Numbered from the stretch's first letter, positions 1 through 9,311 are shown. The stretch: DNA of 64,000 bases from Chloroherpetonaceae bacterium (GCA_046292465.1 JBKBRB010000012.1:7282-71281); one strand, 5' to 3'. The notes: generated from the letters alone by a model not told the origin. Translations and numbers: made by a program.

Positions 1-2578
1 CTGAGTTCGCATTTGCTTCCCAACTAAATTCGCTTGTGGCAAACTTGAAGTTTTCAAGCAGAATGACGTATTGCTGGTCAAAAACGCCTGCGAGCATATC
101 CATTTCCAACCTGCCGCGCGTGTTGACATGAGAGGAGCGAACTTCGACCTGCACGGCTTGTTTGTCGTAGCGCATCTCGAACTTCGTGTCCAAAAATCGC
201 TGGTCGCCCGTCTTCAATCGGAACACCGAGAGATTAAGTTTGGCGCGAAGTTGATGCTCCTTTTCATCGACCACATCATCGACATATCCGAAGGTTGCTT
301 TGAAGTTTTGCGTAAAAAACAAGTCGCTGTAAGTCGTCGAGTCAATATCCACAATCGCTGTGATTGAGCATTGCGTTGGTTGGCTTGTAATTTTTCCACG
401 CATCTGGGCTTTGGCGTTGAAGTAACCCGCCTTTGCAATCAGCGAGACTGCCGCAAGGCTTTTGAGCGAAATGTTGAAATTGACATTCAGCGTTGGCAAC
501 ACAACCTTCGCCGTCTCCACTTTTTTCTTGACGGATTTTTCCAACGTCTTTACCTTTTTGCTGACTTCTTGAAACCGTGCTTCTTGCGCTTGGGTGCGGA
601 AAATGTTGTTTTTGTATATCTCGCGCTCAATGACGCCCGATTCCAACTGCACGAGCTTAACGAGTTGACCTAAATCATACTGGCCTTCGACCTCGATGTC
701 GAGCAAATCGCTATGAAAGACGAACGTTGCAGACGAATCGAGTTTGTCTTGCACGAGTGTCGCCTGTGCTTTCGTGCCTTTGCGAATCGGAAGTTTGCCA
801 ATGATTGAAGAATCAAGTTCCAATTTGAAGTCAAGCATAATGTCGCCAAGCGCAAACCCGCTCCCGTTCAGTGTATAGCCCAAGTTGAGGTTGCTTCTGA
901 GGCTGTCGTCTTTGGTGAAAGTTGCAATATCAAACTTTCCTAAACGTCCTTCGCCTTGATAAGAGGGAATCTCTTTGGAGAGGTCGAGTATGCCTGAAAA
1001 TTCGGCGAATTGTTCGCCCATCTCAATGAACAACTCACCATTGAATCGCTTTTGGGAAACGCCTGCATTTGCCACAAAATCCGTGATAGTATATTCACCG
1101 AAGCGCGATTTTTTCATTGTTGCTACAAACTTCGCGCTCATGGTTTCCAGCGAGTTTCCTCTTCCTTCAAGTTTGGCGGAAAGGTTCAAATCGCTGGTCA
1201 GCGCAGGGTTTTTCAAGGCTTTGCCGATGTTGAGATGCTCGAGGTTGAGCACGCCTGCGTATTCAGGCAAGCGATTTTTGGGGAGCGCGATTTCAACATC
1301 AGCATTGACCGCGCCAACTTGCGATGTAGCATCAAGCCTTGCTCGGAAGCGATTGAGCCTACCGTTAAACCTTCCTCTCAATTCCAATCGCCCGACCTCG
1401 CTCAAATCAGGCAGAGATAGCGACGGCATTATTTTCGTCGCATCAGAAAGGTTCAGATACGTGTTTTGCAGTGAGAGATTTAATTCAGATAACTCAGGTG
1501 AGAAGACTTGCTTAACCGACCCGGAAATGCCGATTCGGCTTCGCTCTGCTTCGAGCACAAGTTCTTCAATCTTGAACGAATCGGGCGTGCCGCGTGCAAC
1601 GGTTTTCGCGCGAAGCGTGCCGTTCAACCCGTAAAGCGTTGGAACAAGGCGTTTGAGGTCGTCAAAGGCAAGCTGCTGAATGTCGAGATTGAAATCAAAT
1701 CCCGCCTGTTTGAGCGAATCCTCTGAATATGGCGCAAATACATCGTAGCGGTGAAGCGCGCCTGTTAGTTGAATCGATGAGCGCGACGTTTTGAGCGTCA
1801 GCCCTGTTACCTCGACGCGTTGCGGCGTGAGCGAAAAGTAAAGGTTCGTTTCTGCGACGGAAAAATCTGCTTCGGGAATCTCAAACGAGAGTTCTTGAAG
1901 CGTGGCAGTGATGAAGTCTCCATTGAGTTCGCCTTTAAGCAGGAAATTTACATTCGCAAGGTGCAGGCTGTCAAAATTGACGGGCGTAATGTTTTGTGCG
2001 CGAAGTGAGTCGAGCGCAATGCGCGTCTCTGCATCTACGGGCGGCGCGGCGCGATTAATCCACCAGAAATCGCCGTTGCGAATCGAGAGTTCGTCGACAA
2101 GAAATTTAATTGGGTTGCCTTCGCTTGTGTCAACCGTTGCGGTTGAATCGGGCTTGAAGAGCCGCATGAGTTGTAGCGTGCTGTCTTGCTCTTGAACGAT
2201 GACGGCTTTCGGCGTTTGCAGTGAAATTCTGCCGATGTGAAGGTCTTTGATGAATCCCTCCTCGATGTTTCGATGAAGCGAAACGCCGACAATGCTGAGT
2301 GAAATTTGCTCGAGCGAAAGGCTTTCGGTGGTGTCGTCCGCAACAAAAACTTTGACTTGATGAAGTGAGAGCGATGTTGGAAATCCGAGTTCGGCGCGCT
2401 CAATCGTGAGCCGTCCGTTGAAGAGTTGCGCGAATTGTTTTTCAGCAAACGATTTCAGAAACCGCTCGCCGAGTTCAGTATTCAAGAAAATATACAGCCC
2501 AATAATGGCGACGAACACCGTTATGGTGAGCGTGTAGAGCGTGCGTCGTATGAACTTAAATATGCGCGGAATAATCAT
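1..2578 (-). CDS. TamB/AsmA-like translocation-and-assembly-module protein, N-terminal ~859 aa (3' end beyond window)
   Basis: Absent from the ORF track because it has no stop in the window. My own minus-strand translation from the ATG (cat at 2576-2578) reads MIIPRIFKFIRRTLYTLTITVFVAIIGLYIFLNTELGERFLKSF... and stays open to position 2. It has an N-terminal TM anchor followed by a long beta-rich repetitive body, as in TamB. Otherwise this 2.5 kb holds only short ORFs in other frames. Confidence 0.6.
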   Translation of the reverse strand, partial: MIIPRIFKFIRRTLYTLTITVFVAIIGLYIFLNTELGERFLKSFAEKQFAQLFNGRLTIERAELGFPTSLSLHQVKVFVADDTTESLSLEQISLSIVGVSLHRNIEEGFIKDLHIGRISLQTPKAVIVQEQDSTLQLMRLFKPDSTATVDTSEGNPIKFLVDELSIRNGDFWWINRAAPPVDAETRIALDSLRAQNITPVNFDSLHLANVNFLLKGELNGDFITATLQELSFEIPEADFSVAETNLYFSLTPQRVEVTGLTLKTSRSSIQLTGALHRYDVFAPYSEDSLKQAGFDFNLDIQQLAFDDLKRLVPTLYGLNGTLRAKTVARGTPDSFKIEELVLEAERSRIGISGSVKQVFSPELSELNLSLQNTYLNLSDATKIMPSLSLPDLSEVGRLELRGRFNGRLNRFRARLDATSQVGAVNADVEIALPKNRLPEYAGVLNLEHLNIGKALKNPALTSDLNLSAKLEGRGNSLETMSAKFVATMKKSRFGEYTITDFVANAGVSQKRFNGELFIEMGEQFAEFSGILDLSKEIPSYQGEGRLGKFDIATFTKDDSLRSNLNLGYTLNGSGFALGDIMLDFKLELDSSIIGKLPIRKGTKAQATLVQDKLDSSATFVFHSDLLDIEVEGQYDLGQLVKLVQLESGVIEREIYKNNIFRTQAQEARFQEVSKKVKTLEKSVKKKVETAKVVLPTLNVNFNISLKSLAAVSLIAKAGYFNAKAQMRGKITSQPTQCSITAIVDIDSTTYSDLFFTQNFKATFGYVDDVVDEKEHQLRAKLNLSVFRLKTGDQRFLDTKFEMRYDKQAVQVEVRSSHVNTRGRLEMDMLAGVFDQQYVILLENFKFATSEFSWEANANS

Positions 2579-2595
2579 CGTATCGCGAAGGCTCT

Positions 2596-3099
2596 TTAAG
2601 TGTAAGCTTTCAGAATTTTTTCAATCGTGCCAGTGGTTGAGCGTCCGTCTAAAAACGAAATCGTTTGAACGCTTCCGCCGTGTGCTTCAACAACGTCTTT
2701 ACCGACGATATTTTCAATCGCCCAATCTGCCCCTTTGACCAACACATCGGGCAAAAGCGTTTCAATTACCGAAAGTGGCGTGTCGTCTTCAAAGAGCAGA
2801 ACAGCATCGACGGCTTTAAGATTTTTGAGAAGATACGCTCTATCTTCTTGTGTATTGATGGGGCGTTTTTCACCCTTCAATCGCTTGACGGACGCATCGC
2901 TGTTGATGGCAACCACGAGCACATCGCCGAGAGATTTGGCTTTGTTCAAATACTGCACATGCCCTGCGTGCAAAATATCGAAACACCCGTTTGTGAAAAC
3001 GACGGTTCTTCCTTGCTGTTGATGAAATCTGACAAAGGCTTTTGCTTCTTCGAGCGTTAAAAGCGGTTTTTCGTGGTCAAGTGAAAGTGCAGTTGCCAT
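2596..3099 (-). CDS. D-glycero-beta-D-manno-heptose-1-phosphate adenylyltransferase (RfaE domain II type cytidylyltransferase)
   Basis: 167 aa. Contains GRTVVFTNGCFDILHAGHVQYL and the INSDASVKRLKG motif of RfaE/HldE domain II. Ends 17 nt upstream of the tamB-like start on the same strand. Confidence 0.85.
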   Translation of the reverse strand: MATALSLDHEKPLLTLEEAKAFVRFHQQQGRTVVFTNGCFDILHAGHVQYLNKAKSLGDVLVVAINSDASVKRLKGEKRPINTQEDRAYLLKNLKAVDAVLLFEDDTPLSVIETLLPDVLVKGADWAIENIVGKDVVEAHGGSVQTISFLDGRSTTGTIEKILKAYT

Positions 3100-3191
3100 T
3101 ATTTTTTGTTTAATTTCTGTGCGCGGACGAGGTGCGTGAAGATACGAAATTGCACGCCTTCTTCTGTCAAGAAAAACTCAATGTGTTTTCA

Positions 3192-4148
3192 ATGAAGCGT
3201 CTTTTCAAAACCCTTATTGATGCGTTGGTCTACGGCGTCTTTATGCTGATTGGTGCAATCGTGCGTCGGCTCTCGATTGAGCGCGTGTATCGGCTTGGCG
3301 AAGTTGTTGGCAACTGGCTTTATGAACGGGTAAAGTTGCGCCGCAAGTTGGTAGAAACCAATCTTCGCTTGTGTTTCCCTGAAAAATCTGAAGCCGAACG
3401 TTCAAAAATTGCGCGTCAAGTTTACATCGAGCAAGCGCAATCGCTTTTTGAAATTATGCGTGCGCCGCTGATTCGCTCAAAAGCCGATGCGGAAAGAATG
3501 TTTGAGGTAGAAAATTTTCACCTTATTGAGAAGTGTTATGCCGAAGGCAAGGGCGCGATTGTCGTATCGGCGCATTTCGGAAATTGGGAACTCAAAGCCA
3601 TGTGCTGGGCATTTTTGGCGAAGCCGTGCGCGATTGTCTATAAACCCTTCTCCAACAAGTTTCTTGACAAGAAGATGCTCGAGTGGCGCACGCTCGGTGG
3701 CAATGAATTTATCTCGATGAGCGACGCGCCAAAACTCGGCTTAAAACGACTGCGCGAAGGCAAACTGCTCGCCCTGCTTAGCGACCAAGCCGCACACAGC
3801 GACGATTACTTCACCACATTTCTCGGACGCGACGCCGCCATTTTTCTCGGTGCCGCCGTCTTTGCGCTTCGCACAAAATTGCCGGTCATTCTTTCAATGC
3901 CGCGCCGCATTGGTGTTGGTCGCCACCGTTTAGAACTCACGGAAATCAAAACCGACGACCTCACTTTTTCAGCCGATAATGTCAAAGTGTTAGCCGAGCG
4001 ATATACTCGTGCGATTGAATCCTACATTCGACGCTATCCCGACCAATGGTTCTGGCTCCACAACCGATGGAAACGCACGCCGCCACACAAGGCATCTCCG
4101 CAACTTGCTGAAGAAGCGACGCAATCGGCACAAACGCAATCGGCTTAA
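3192..4148 (+). CDS. Lipid A biosynthesis acyltransferase (LpxL/HtrB lysophospholipid acyltransferase family)
   Basis: N-terminal TM segment, then NLRLCFPEKSE and the HFGNWE catalytic motif. Start moved to ATG 3192 (MKRLFKTLIDAL), inside the track ORF 3132..4148. Confidence 0.8.
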   Translation: MKRLFKTLIDALVYGVFMLIGAIVRRLSIERVYRLGEVVGNWLYERVKLRRKLVETNLRLCFPEKSEAERSKIARQVYIEQAQSLFEIMRAPLIRSKADAERMFEVENFHLIEKCYAEGKGAIVVSAHFGNWELKAMCWAFLAKPCAIVYKPFSNKFLDKKMLEWRTLGGNEFISMSDAPKLGLKRLREGKLLALLSDQAAHSDDYFTTFLGRDAAIFLGAAVFALRTKLPVILSMPRRIGVGRHRLELTEIKTDDLTFSADNVKVLAERYTRAIESYIRRYPDQWFWLHNRWKRTPPHKASPQLAEEATQSAQTQSA

Positions 4149-5443
4149 AAGAAAATCAACTGCACCGATACAAAGAGCGGCAGGAGTATCACGAGCGAAA
4201 ACTTCCCCACATATCCCATAAAACTTGGCATTTCCACACTTTGCTCTTCGGCAATGGCTTTGACCATAAAATTTGGCGCGTTGCCGATGTAAGTCATCGC
4301 TCCAAAAAAGACTGCACCAATGCAAATCGCTTTGAGCGTAACTTCGGGAATACCTGCAATCATCACATTGGCTTGTTGCGCTAAGCCCAACGCCAAAGAG
4401 TAGAAAGTAACGGCAGTCGGCGTGTTATCTAAAACGCCGCTCAAAACACCTGTTGCGTAGAAGAATTGCACAGGGCTTGTTACGCCCAGCGTGGGCGCGT
4501 TGGCTTCCAAGAAGAGCAAGCAAGGAATCATCGTAATGAAAATGCCCAAGAAGAGGTAAGCGACTTCTTCAATCGGATGCCATGAGAATTTATTTGCCTC
4601 GCGCACTTCTTTTTTCGTTAGCCAAAGCGACAATCCGAGCAAAATCAAAATCACAAGTTCGCGCAAAAACTTCGCATATTCATTTTGCTTAAAGAGCGAG
4701 ATGTATTGCTCATTGAGAAACGCGACCGACAACACCACCCCCAAAAGCAACACGAAGTTGATGCTACCTGTAATTTTTATGGGTCGAATTTCTTCAATAT
4801 CGCGCTTCAACGCGGCGAGGCTTTCTTTTTGATAGTAGTAATAAGAATCCACGCCGAAGTAGGTTGCAAGCAGAATAATGTTCGCAAAGAGCCACACGGG
4901 CAAAAGGTTCAAAAACCATTCAAACGGCACGCCGCGCAAATAGAGCACAAAGAGCGGCGGGTCTCCGAGCGGCGTTACCAATCCGCCACAATTAGCCACC
5001 ACGGCGATAAAAAAGAGCACCGTGTGGACTTTGAACTGTCGCTCAGCGTTGGTTTCCAAGAGCGGACGAATAAGGAGCATTGCCGCGCCTGTCGTGCCCA
5101 TTAGCGAAGCGAGCACCGCGCCGATTGCCATAAATGTTGTGTTAATAATCGGCTTTGCTTCAATATCGCCTGTGATGTTGATTCCGCCCGTAATGACAAA
5201 GAGCGCGCCGAGCAAAATCAGAAACGGCACATAGTCGAAGAGAAGCGCGTGTTTGAGTTCGCCCCACATGGCGTTGTAAATTAAAAATCCTAACACAGGC
5301 AGACTACACACCAATGCCACAATGAGTTTATTGCGGTTGCTTTCCCAAAAGTGTGCGAACGTCAGCGGCATTACAGCGATTGCCGCTAAAAGCAGTGCAA
5401 ACGGTATGAGAAGGACAAGAGGAATCTCGTGCTGGTCGTGCAT
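4145..5443 (-). CDS. ArsB/NhaD-superfamily permease (putative Na+/H+ antiporter, CitMHS-like)
   Basis: 432-aa polytopic membrane protein. The GGLVTPLGDPPLFVLYLRG segment is typical of NhaD-like sodium:proton antiporters. Confidence 0.6.
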   Translation of the reverse strand: MHDQHEIPLVLLIPFALLLAAIAVMPLTFAHFWESNRNKLIVALVCSLPVLGFLIYNAMWGELKHALLFDYVPFLILLGALFVITGGINITGDIEAKPIINTTFMAIGAVLASLMGTTGAAMLLIRPLLETNAERQFKVHTVLFFIAVVANCGGLVTPLGDPPLFVLYLRGVPFEWFLNLLPVWLFANIILLATYFGVDSYYYYQKESLAALKRDIEEIRPIKITGSINFVLLLGVVLSVAFLNEQYISLFKQNEYAKFLRELVILILLGLSLWLTKKEVREANKFSWHPIEEVAYLFLGIFITMIPCLLFLEANAPTLGVTSPVQFFYATGVLSGVLDNTPTAVTFYSLALGLAQQANVMIAGIPEVTLKAICIGAVFFGAMTYIGNAPNFMVKAIAEEQSVEMPSFMGYVGKFSLVILLPLFVSVQLIFF

Positions 5444-5482
5444 AGTTGGATTTGATTTCAGAGATGCTGTTGAAAAACGCTG

Positions 5483-5864
5483 TTGATGGCGGTAAAAATA
5501 CGGTATGTTCGTGCTTTCGGAAATCCGTTAGAGAAAAATGGGAATATCGAGCAACTCTGGCTCGCGTTCTTTTTGTCGGCTTGGGCGCGATTGGCATTAT
5601 GTCTTATTCCTGAATCGCTCAAACCTGAATTGCTCAAAGAAACGCCGTCGAGACAAGCACACATACCTACGCTAACGGAGCGCGAAAAAGAAATTCTTCA
5701 TTCATTATGTTGCCGAAGGATTGTCGACGGAACAAATTGCTAGCAAACTTTTCATCAGTCCTCGCACGGTCGAAGTGCATCGAAGCAACATGATTAAAAA
5801 ATTAGGTGCACAAAACGCCGCTGAACTTATCGAACTCGCCATTCAGCATGGTCTACTTGCGTAA
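5483..5864 (+). pseudogene. Frameshifted remnant of a LuxR/NarL-type HTH regulator
   Basis: Frame 1 reads ...PTLTEREKEILHSL, then runs off into nonsense. After a +1 shift at ~5708, the sequence from 5709 reads VAEGLSTEQIASKLFISPRTVEVHRSNMIKKLGAQNAAELIELAIQHGLLA* (stop 5862-5864). The second frame has a stop at 5673-5675 and no ATG/GTG/TTG before 5709. There is no room upstream for a receiver domain. Confidence 0.55.
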
Positions 5865-5913
5865 AATTGCATGTGGTTTAATAGGACATGAAAAAAATTT
5901 TTTCGAAATGCTC

Positions 5914-5943
5914 TTGACAAACTTTCAAAAATTTGTATTTTTG
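5914..5943 (+). promoter_or_regulatory. Promoter of the sRNA gene (-35 TTGACA, 16-nt spacer, -10 TATTTT; also fits the Bacteroidetes-type TAnnTTTG)
   Basis: TTGACA at 5914-5919 and TATTTTTG at 5936-5943. It lies just upstream of a structured, terminator-ended non-coding segment. Confidence 0.6.
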
Positions 5944-5947
5944 CAGT

Positions 5948-6131
5948 GGCAACAAAGCAATGGACGCCCTGTTCATTGTGGTAGGTGATGTGGGGGACAC
6001 CTACTAGTTGCATAGCGGACGCGAGTCCGCTATCTATTTGGGTAGCAGTAAAGTAGTAGGCACCCTGTCTACTATGGCAAGTGATGTGGGGGACACTTGT
6101 CAACTGCGGGGCGACTTCGGTCGCCCTTTTT
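5948..6131 (+). ncRNA. ~185-nt small RNA with two repeated hairpin + G-rich-box modules, a central GNRA hairpin and an intrinsic terminator (possibly Chlorobi-1-like)
   Basis: Promoter at 5914-5943. Module 1 spans 5957-6000 and module 2 spans 6053-6096. Each is a hairpin with a ..CCCTGT loop followed by TGG(T/C)A(G/A)GTGATGTGGGGGACAC. A 9-bp hairpin ATAGCGGAC-GCGA-GTCCGCTAT sits at 6012-6033, and a terminator at 6109-6131. The overlapping 60-86 aa track ORFs have no recognisable protein features. Confidence 0.7.
6109..6131 (+). terminator. Rho-independent terminator of the sRNA
   Basis: GGGCGAC-TTCG-GTCGCCC followed by TTTTT. Confidence 0.85.
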
Positions 6132-6260
6132 ATTTCGACTCGATTTAATTTCAGATTGATTTAATCTCGGCCCGACTTACTCGGGGGCGCGCTCACTCGA
6201 GCATGCCGCAAGCCATGTCGACAAGCCATGTCCACACGCGCGTAACATCAAAAACAAGTC

Positions 6261-6980
6261 ATGCTTGAACTGCTCTTGCTCTTCGCTCTCAGCTATCTTG
6301 CCGCAACGCTTTCAGGCGCGGCAGGATTTGGCGGCGCGCTTGTCTTGCTCCCTGCTCTGACCAACCTTGTGGGAATCAGTGCCGCCGTTCCAATTCTGAC
6401 CATCGGACAGATTTTTGGAAATGCGTCAAGAGTGTGGTTCGGCAGAGATGATTTACAGTGGAAGCCCATCCTCTTCTTTCTACTGACGGCTGTTCCTTTA
6501 ACGATTCTTGGCAGTTACCTCTTTGGCGAGATTGAACGCGACAAGGTCAAAATTGGCATTGGTATCTTTCTCATCCTTTTAGTCCTCTATCGCAGAACAA
6601 ACATCAAAAAAGTTGCGCTTGGCGAAAAAGGGCTCTTGCTTGGCGGCGGACTAACAGGGTTTATCTCGGGCATTGCAGGCAGTGCAGGACCGCTTAGCGC
6701 GGCTTTCTTTCTCGGACTCGACCTCACCGCAAAAGCCTACATCGCCAGCGAAGCCTTCACGGCTTTGGTCATTCATCTCACCAAAACCATCATCTACAAC
6801 GCCTTTGCTCTTATCAACTGGACTGAACTTTACTACGGACTCTTCATTGGCGGAGCAATGATTTTGGGAAGTTGGACGGGCAGGAAAATCATTGAAAAAT
6901 TGAGCAGAGAAAAATTCATTCTGCTTGTTGAAGTGTTGCTCATCATCTCAGGACTGCAGTTGATATGGACTGCTCTGTGA
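6261..6980 (+). CDS. TauE/SafE family sulfite/anion exporter (DUF81)
   Basis: 239-aa multi-TM protein with glycine-rich repeats (GAAGFGGALVLLP, GIAGSAGPL) typical of TauE/SafE. Confidence 0.75.
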   Translation: MLELLLLFALSYLAATLSGAAGFGGALVLLPALTNLVGISAAVPILTIGQIFGNASRVWFGRDDLQWKPILFFLLTAVPLTILGSYLFGEIERDKVKIGIGIFLILLVLYRRTNIKKVALGEKGLLLGGGLTGFISGIAGSAGPLSAAFFLGLDLTAKAYIASEAFTALVIHLTKTIIYNAFALINWTELYYGLFIGGAMILGSWTGRKIIEKLSREKFILLVEVLLIISGLQLIWTAL

Positions 6981-7020
6981 AAGCGAGAACAGATTGGACG
7001 GATTAAAGAGATGATTCGCA

Positions 7021-8004
7021 TCACTCGATGGGCGGGCGCACCAAATTTCCAGCCGTGTCGATATATCCGATAGCCCCTTCATTCAGCACTTGTGCTAATC
7101 CATCAACGAACTTTCCGACATAGTCATATTTCGGCTCAACAATCCACTTGCCGTTTGTATCAATCACGCCGACTTTGCCATTTTGCCTAACCGACGCATA
7201 GCCGCGATTGAACGACTCAACCACACTTTCAAATTGCGGCGCAATCACCATTGTGCCCTGCTTATTGATGAATCCCCAACGATGCGAAGCCGTGTCTTGC
7301 ACGGCGGTGAGCCCTTCGCTAAACGAGAGCGCGTTTTCAAATTTCAACTCGATAACAGGCTTTGCGCCGAAATTCACATAGCCCCACAAGTTTCCGATGC
7401 GAACGGCACAAAGGCTATCCGAGAAATCGCGTGCATCGTCGAATTGCGGCTTAATGACGAGCGTTCCTTGTTTATCAATGAATCCGCACTTGCCGTTTAT
7501 CATCACCATTGCGCGCCCTTGCGAAAAGCGGGAGGCTAAGTCATACTGCGGCAAAATCACCTTGCGTCCTTCTTTATTGATGAACCCCCACTTGGCGGAA
7601 TCCATGGTTTCAACAGCGGCGAGTCCTTCGCTAAATCGCATCGCATTTCGGTAGTCAGGCTTAATGGCGAGCGAACCTTCAGCATCGAAGTAGCCAAATG
7701 TTTTGCCGATACGCACTACTGCAAAGCCTTCGGAGTAAGAGCGAATATCGCTGTATTGAATTTGCGTGAGAAGCGAGCCTTTTTCGTTCATCACGCCGAA
7801 GTTGCCTTTCTGCCCCACAATCGCCAGACCTTCGGAGAACGGCATAGCGGCATCGTATTGTGGCACAATGATGACCTTGCCCGTTCTATCCATGTAGCCA
7901 TATTGACGGTTTTCAGAAATCACATACAAGCCGCCTTCACGGCGCGAACAAGATGAAAGAAGCAACACTAACGCGCAAGCCAGCAATCTAATTTTCAACG
8001 GCAT
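7021..8004 (-). CDS. WG/KWG-repeat lipoprotein
   Basis: Lipoprotein signal LLLSSCS, then about 9 repeats of the ..GKxGxIDxxGxxVIxPxYDxAxxFSEGLAxV type (WG-containing repeat). Confidence 0.75.
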   Translation of the reverse strand: MPLKIRLLACALVLLLSSCSRREGGLYVISENRQYGYMDRTGKVIIVPQYDAAMPFSEGLAIVGQKGNFGVMNEKGSLLTQIQYSDIRSYSEGFAVVRIGKTFGYFDAEGSLAIKPDYRNAMRFSEGLAAVETMDSAKWGFINKEGRKVILPQYDLASRFSQGRAMVMINGKCGFIDKQGTLVIKPQFDDARDFSDSLCAVRIGNLWGYVNFGAKPVIELKFENALSFSEGLTAVQDTASHRWGFINKQGTMVIAPQFESVVESFNRGYASVRQNGKVGVIDTNGKWIVEPKYDYVGKFVDGLAQVLNEGAIGYIDTAGNLVRPPIE

Positions 8005-9196
8005 TGAAGTGATAGTCGACCGATTTAAGGATGTTGTAGAAAGTTTGAGCCGGATTATCGGAGCGGTAAAGTTCGTCCATAATCATTGCCTTGCCGATGG
8101 GATAGGTGAGCATGTAGGCGCGGAAGTTGTCGTCGCGCAGGCGCGAAACAGTTCGGCGAATCAATGTGTCTTCGCTTGGAAGGTATTGGCGCAAGTAGGC
8201 GAAAACAGCATCATCGGTTTCGTTCTCGTCATACATCAAGAGTGCGGCATTGACAACGGGCTTGCGTCCGAGTTCTTCGACAAGTTCAATCAGGCGCGCG
8301 TCGTTGTCGGAAATGGTGCGTTGGTGCAACGGCTCGTGCGCTCGAAGCCACTCAATAACGGCAGGGGTTTCGCCGAAGATGATGTAGTTTGCCGCTTCGG
8401 CAAGTCCTTCCGAGATGGTGCTACACGGCGCGCCAAGCAAGTTAATGCTGAACTCAATCAGTCCTTGCTTGCGAACGAGTTCCGATTCTTTGACAATCGC
8501 TTCGGTGTGATGTCCGCAAAAGGCTTCGTGCGTGGTGGTGTGTAATACGCCCCAAATGGTCGTCGGCACATCAATGTTGAGTTCGTAGAGCGATTGATAA
8601 TTGCCTCGATACCAATGGTAGCCTGCCCAAGGCTTTTCGCGCACAAGGCTAACCTCGACCGAATTTTCAGGAAGCGGAAAGAGCGATTCAGTCTTTGCTT
8701 TGGCAAACGTCATTGAGGCTTGAATGAAGTTCATCAGTTCATCGCCTTTGAGCTCGAACTGCGCGCGCCATTGGGTAAATCGTTCGGGAAGACTTCCGTT
8801 ACCAAAATGCTCTGCACGAAGGCGTTCATCGATTTCCGCGATGCGTTCCGTGAACTCGCGTTCGTTGGCATAGTCAATCGTTGAAATGCCGTAGCAAAGC
8901 CGCGCTTCCTCGCGGTAGGAAATCGGTTTATGTTGTTTCTTTTCAATGATGGTTTTAAGCGCGACTAATTGTTTGCGGAGGTAGTTTGCGCGTTCCGACT
9001 CGTCGCCATTGAGCACGCTCAAGAGTTTTTCGGCGTCGGAGTAAAGCGAGTCGAGCGGGCGTATTGGTTCGGCATCAATAATCGATTTAAGTTCAGAAGA
9101 TTTGCCATAATGCGCATCGACTAACCCGTGATAGTGTTTATCTAATCGGTGAGAAAGCAAAATGTATTCTTCGGCGACGTGGTTCAAGGCGTTCAT
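7988..9196 (-). CDS. DUF885-like putative metallopeptidase
   Basis: HEAFCGHHTE resembles the DUF885 HExxPGHH motif. Start set to ATG 9196 (MNALNHVAEEY). The longer track ORF would overlap the divergent deaminase gene. Confidence 0.5.
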   Translation of the reverse strand: MNALNHVAEEYILLSHRLDKHYHGLVDAHYGKSSELKSIIDAEPIRPLDSLYSDAEKLLSVLNGDESERANYLRKQLVALKTIIEKKQHKPISYREEARLCYGISTIDYANEREFTERIAEIDERLRAEHFGNGSLPERFTQWRAQFELKGDELMNFIQASMTFAKAKTESLFPLPENSVEVSLVREKPWAGYHWYRGNYQSLYELNIDVPTTIWGVLHTTTHEAFCGHHTEAIVKESELVRKQGLIEFSINLLGAPCSTISEGLAEAANYIIFGETPAVIEWLRAHEPLHQRTISDNDARLIELVEELGRKPVVNAALLMYDENETDDAVFAYLRQYLPSEDTLIRRTVSRLRDDNFRAYMLTYPIGKAMIMDELYRSDNPAQTFYNILKSVDYHFNAVEN

Positions 9197-9311
9197 GAGC
9201 GGTAATTTTTGAAGTGATTGTAAATATACGATGTGCGTTGGGCTTTGGACAAGAACAAAGTTTATGAAAAAAGTTTGGCATATTTGAAGTTCAATCAAAT
9301 TCAATGTTGTT

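Noticed and set aside
975-1634. 219-aa plus-strand ORF, plus other short ORFs between 71 and 2448
   Set aside because: It lies antisense to, or out of frame with, the continuous minus-strand TamB-like reading frame. Its composition is low-complexity and Ser/Arg-rich, and no motifs are present.
5806-6103. 60-aa (+) and 86-aa (-) ORFs across the sRNA locus
   Set aside because: They span the promoter, the repeated hairpin modules and the terminator. The repeats are conserved at the nucleotide and structure level, so coding is unlikely.
5948-6131. 6S RNA identity for the ~185-nt sRNA
   Set aside because: The size fits. But I see no long 5'/3' closing helix or central bubble, only about 5+5 bp of end pairing, part of which lies in the promoter.
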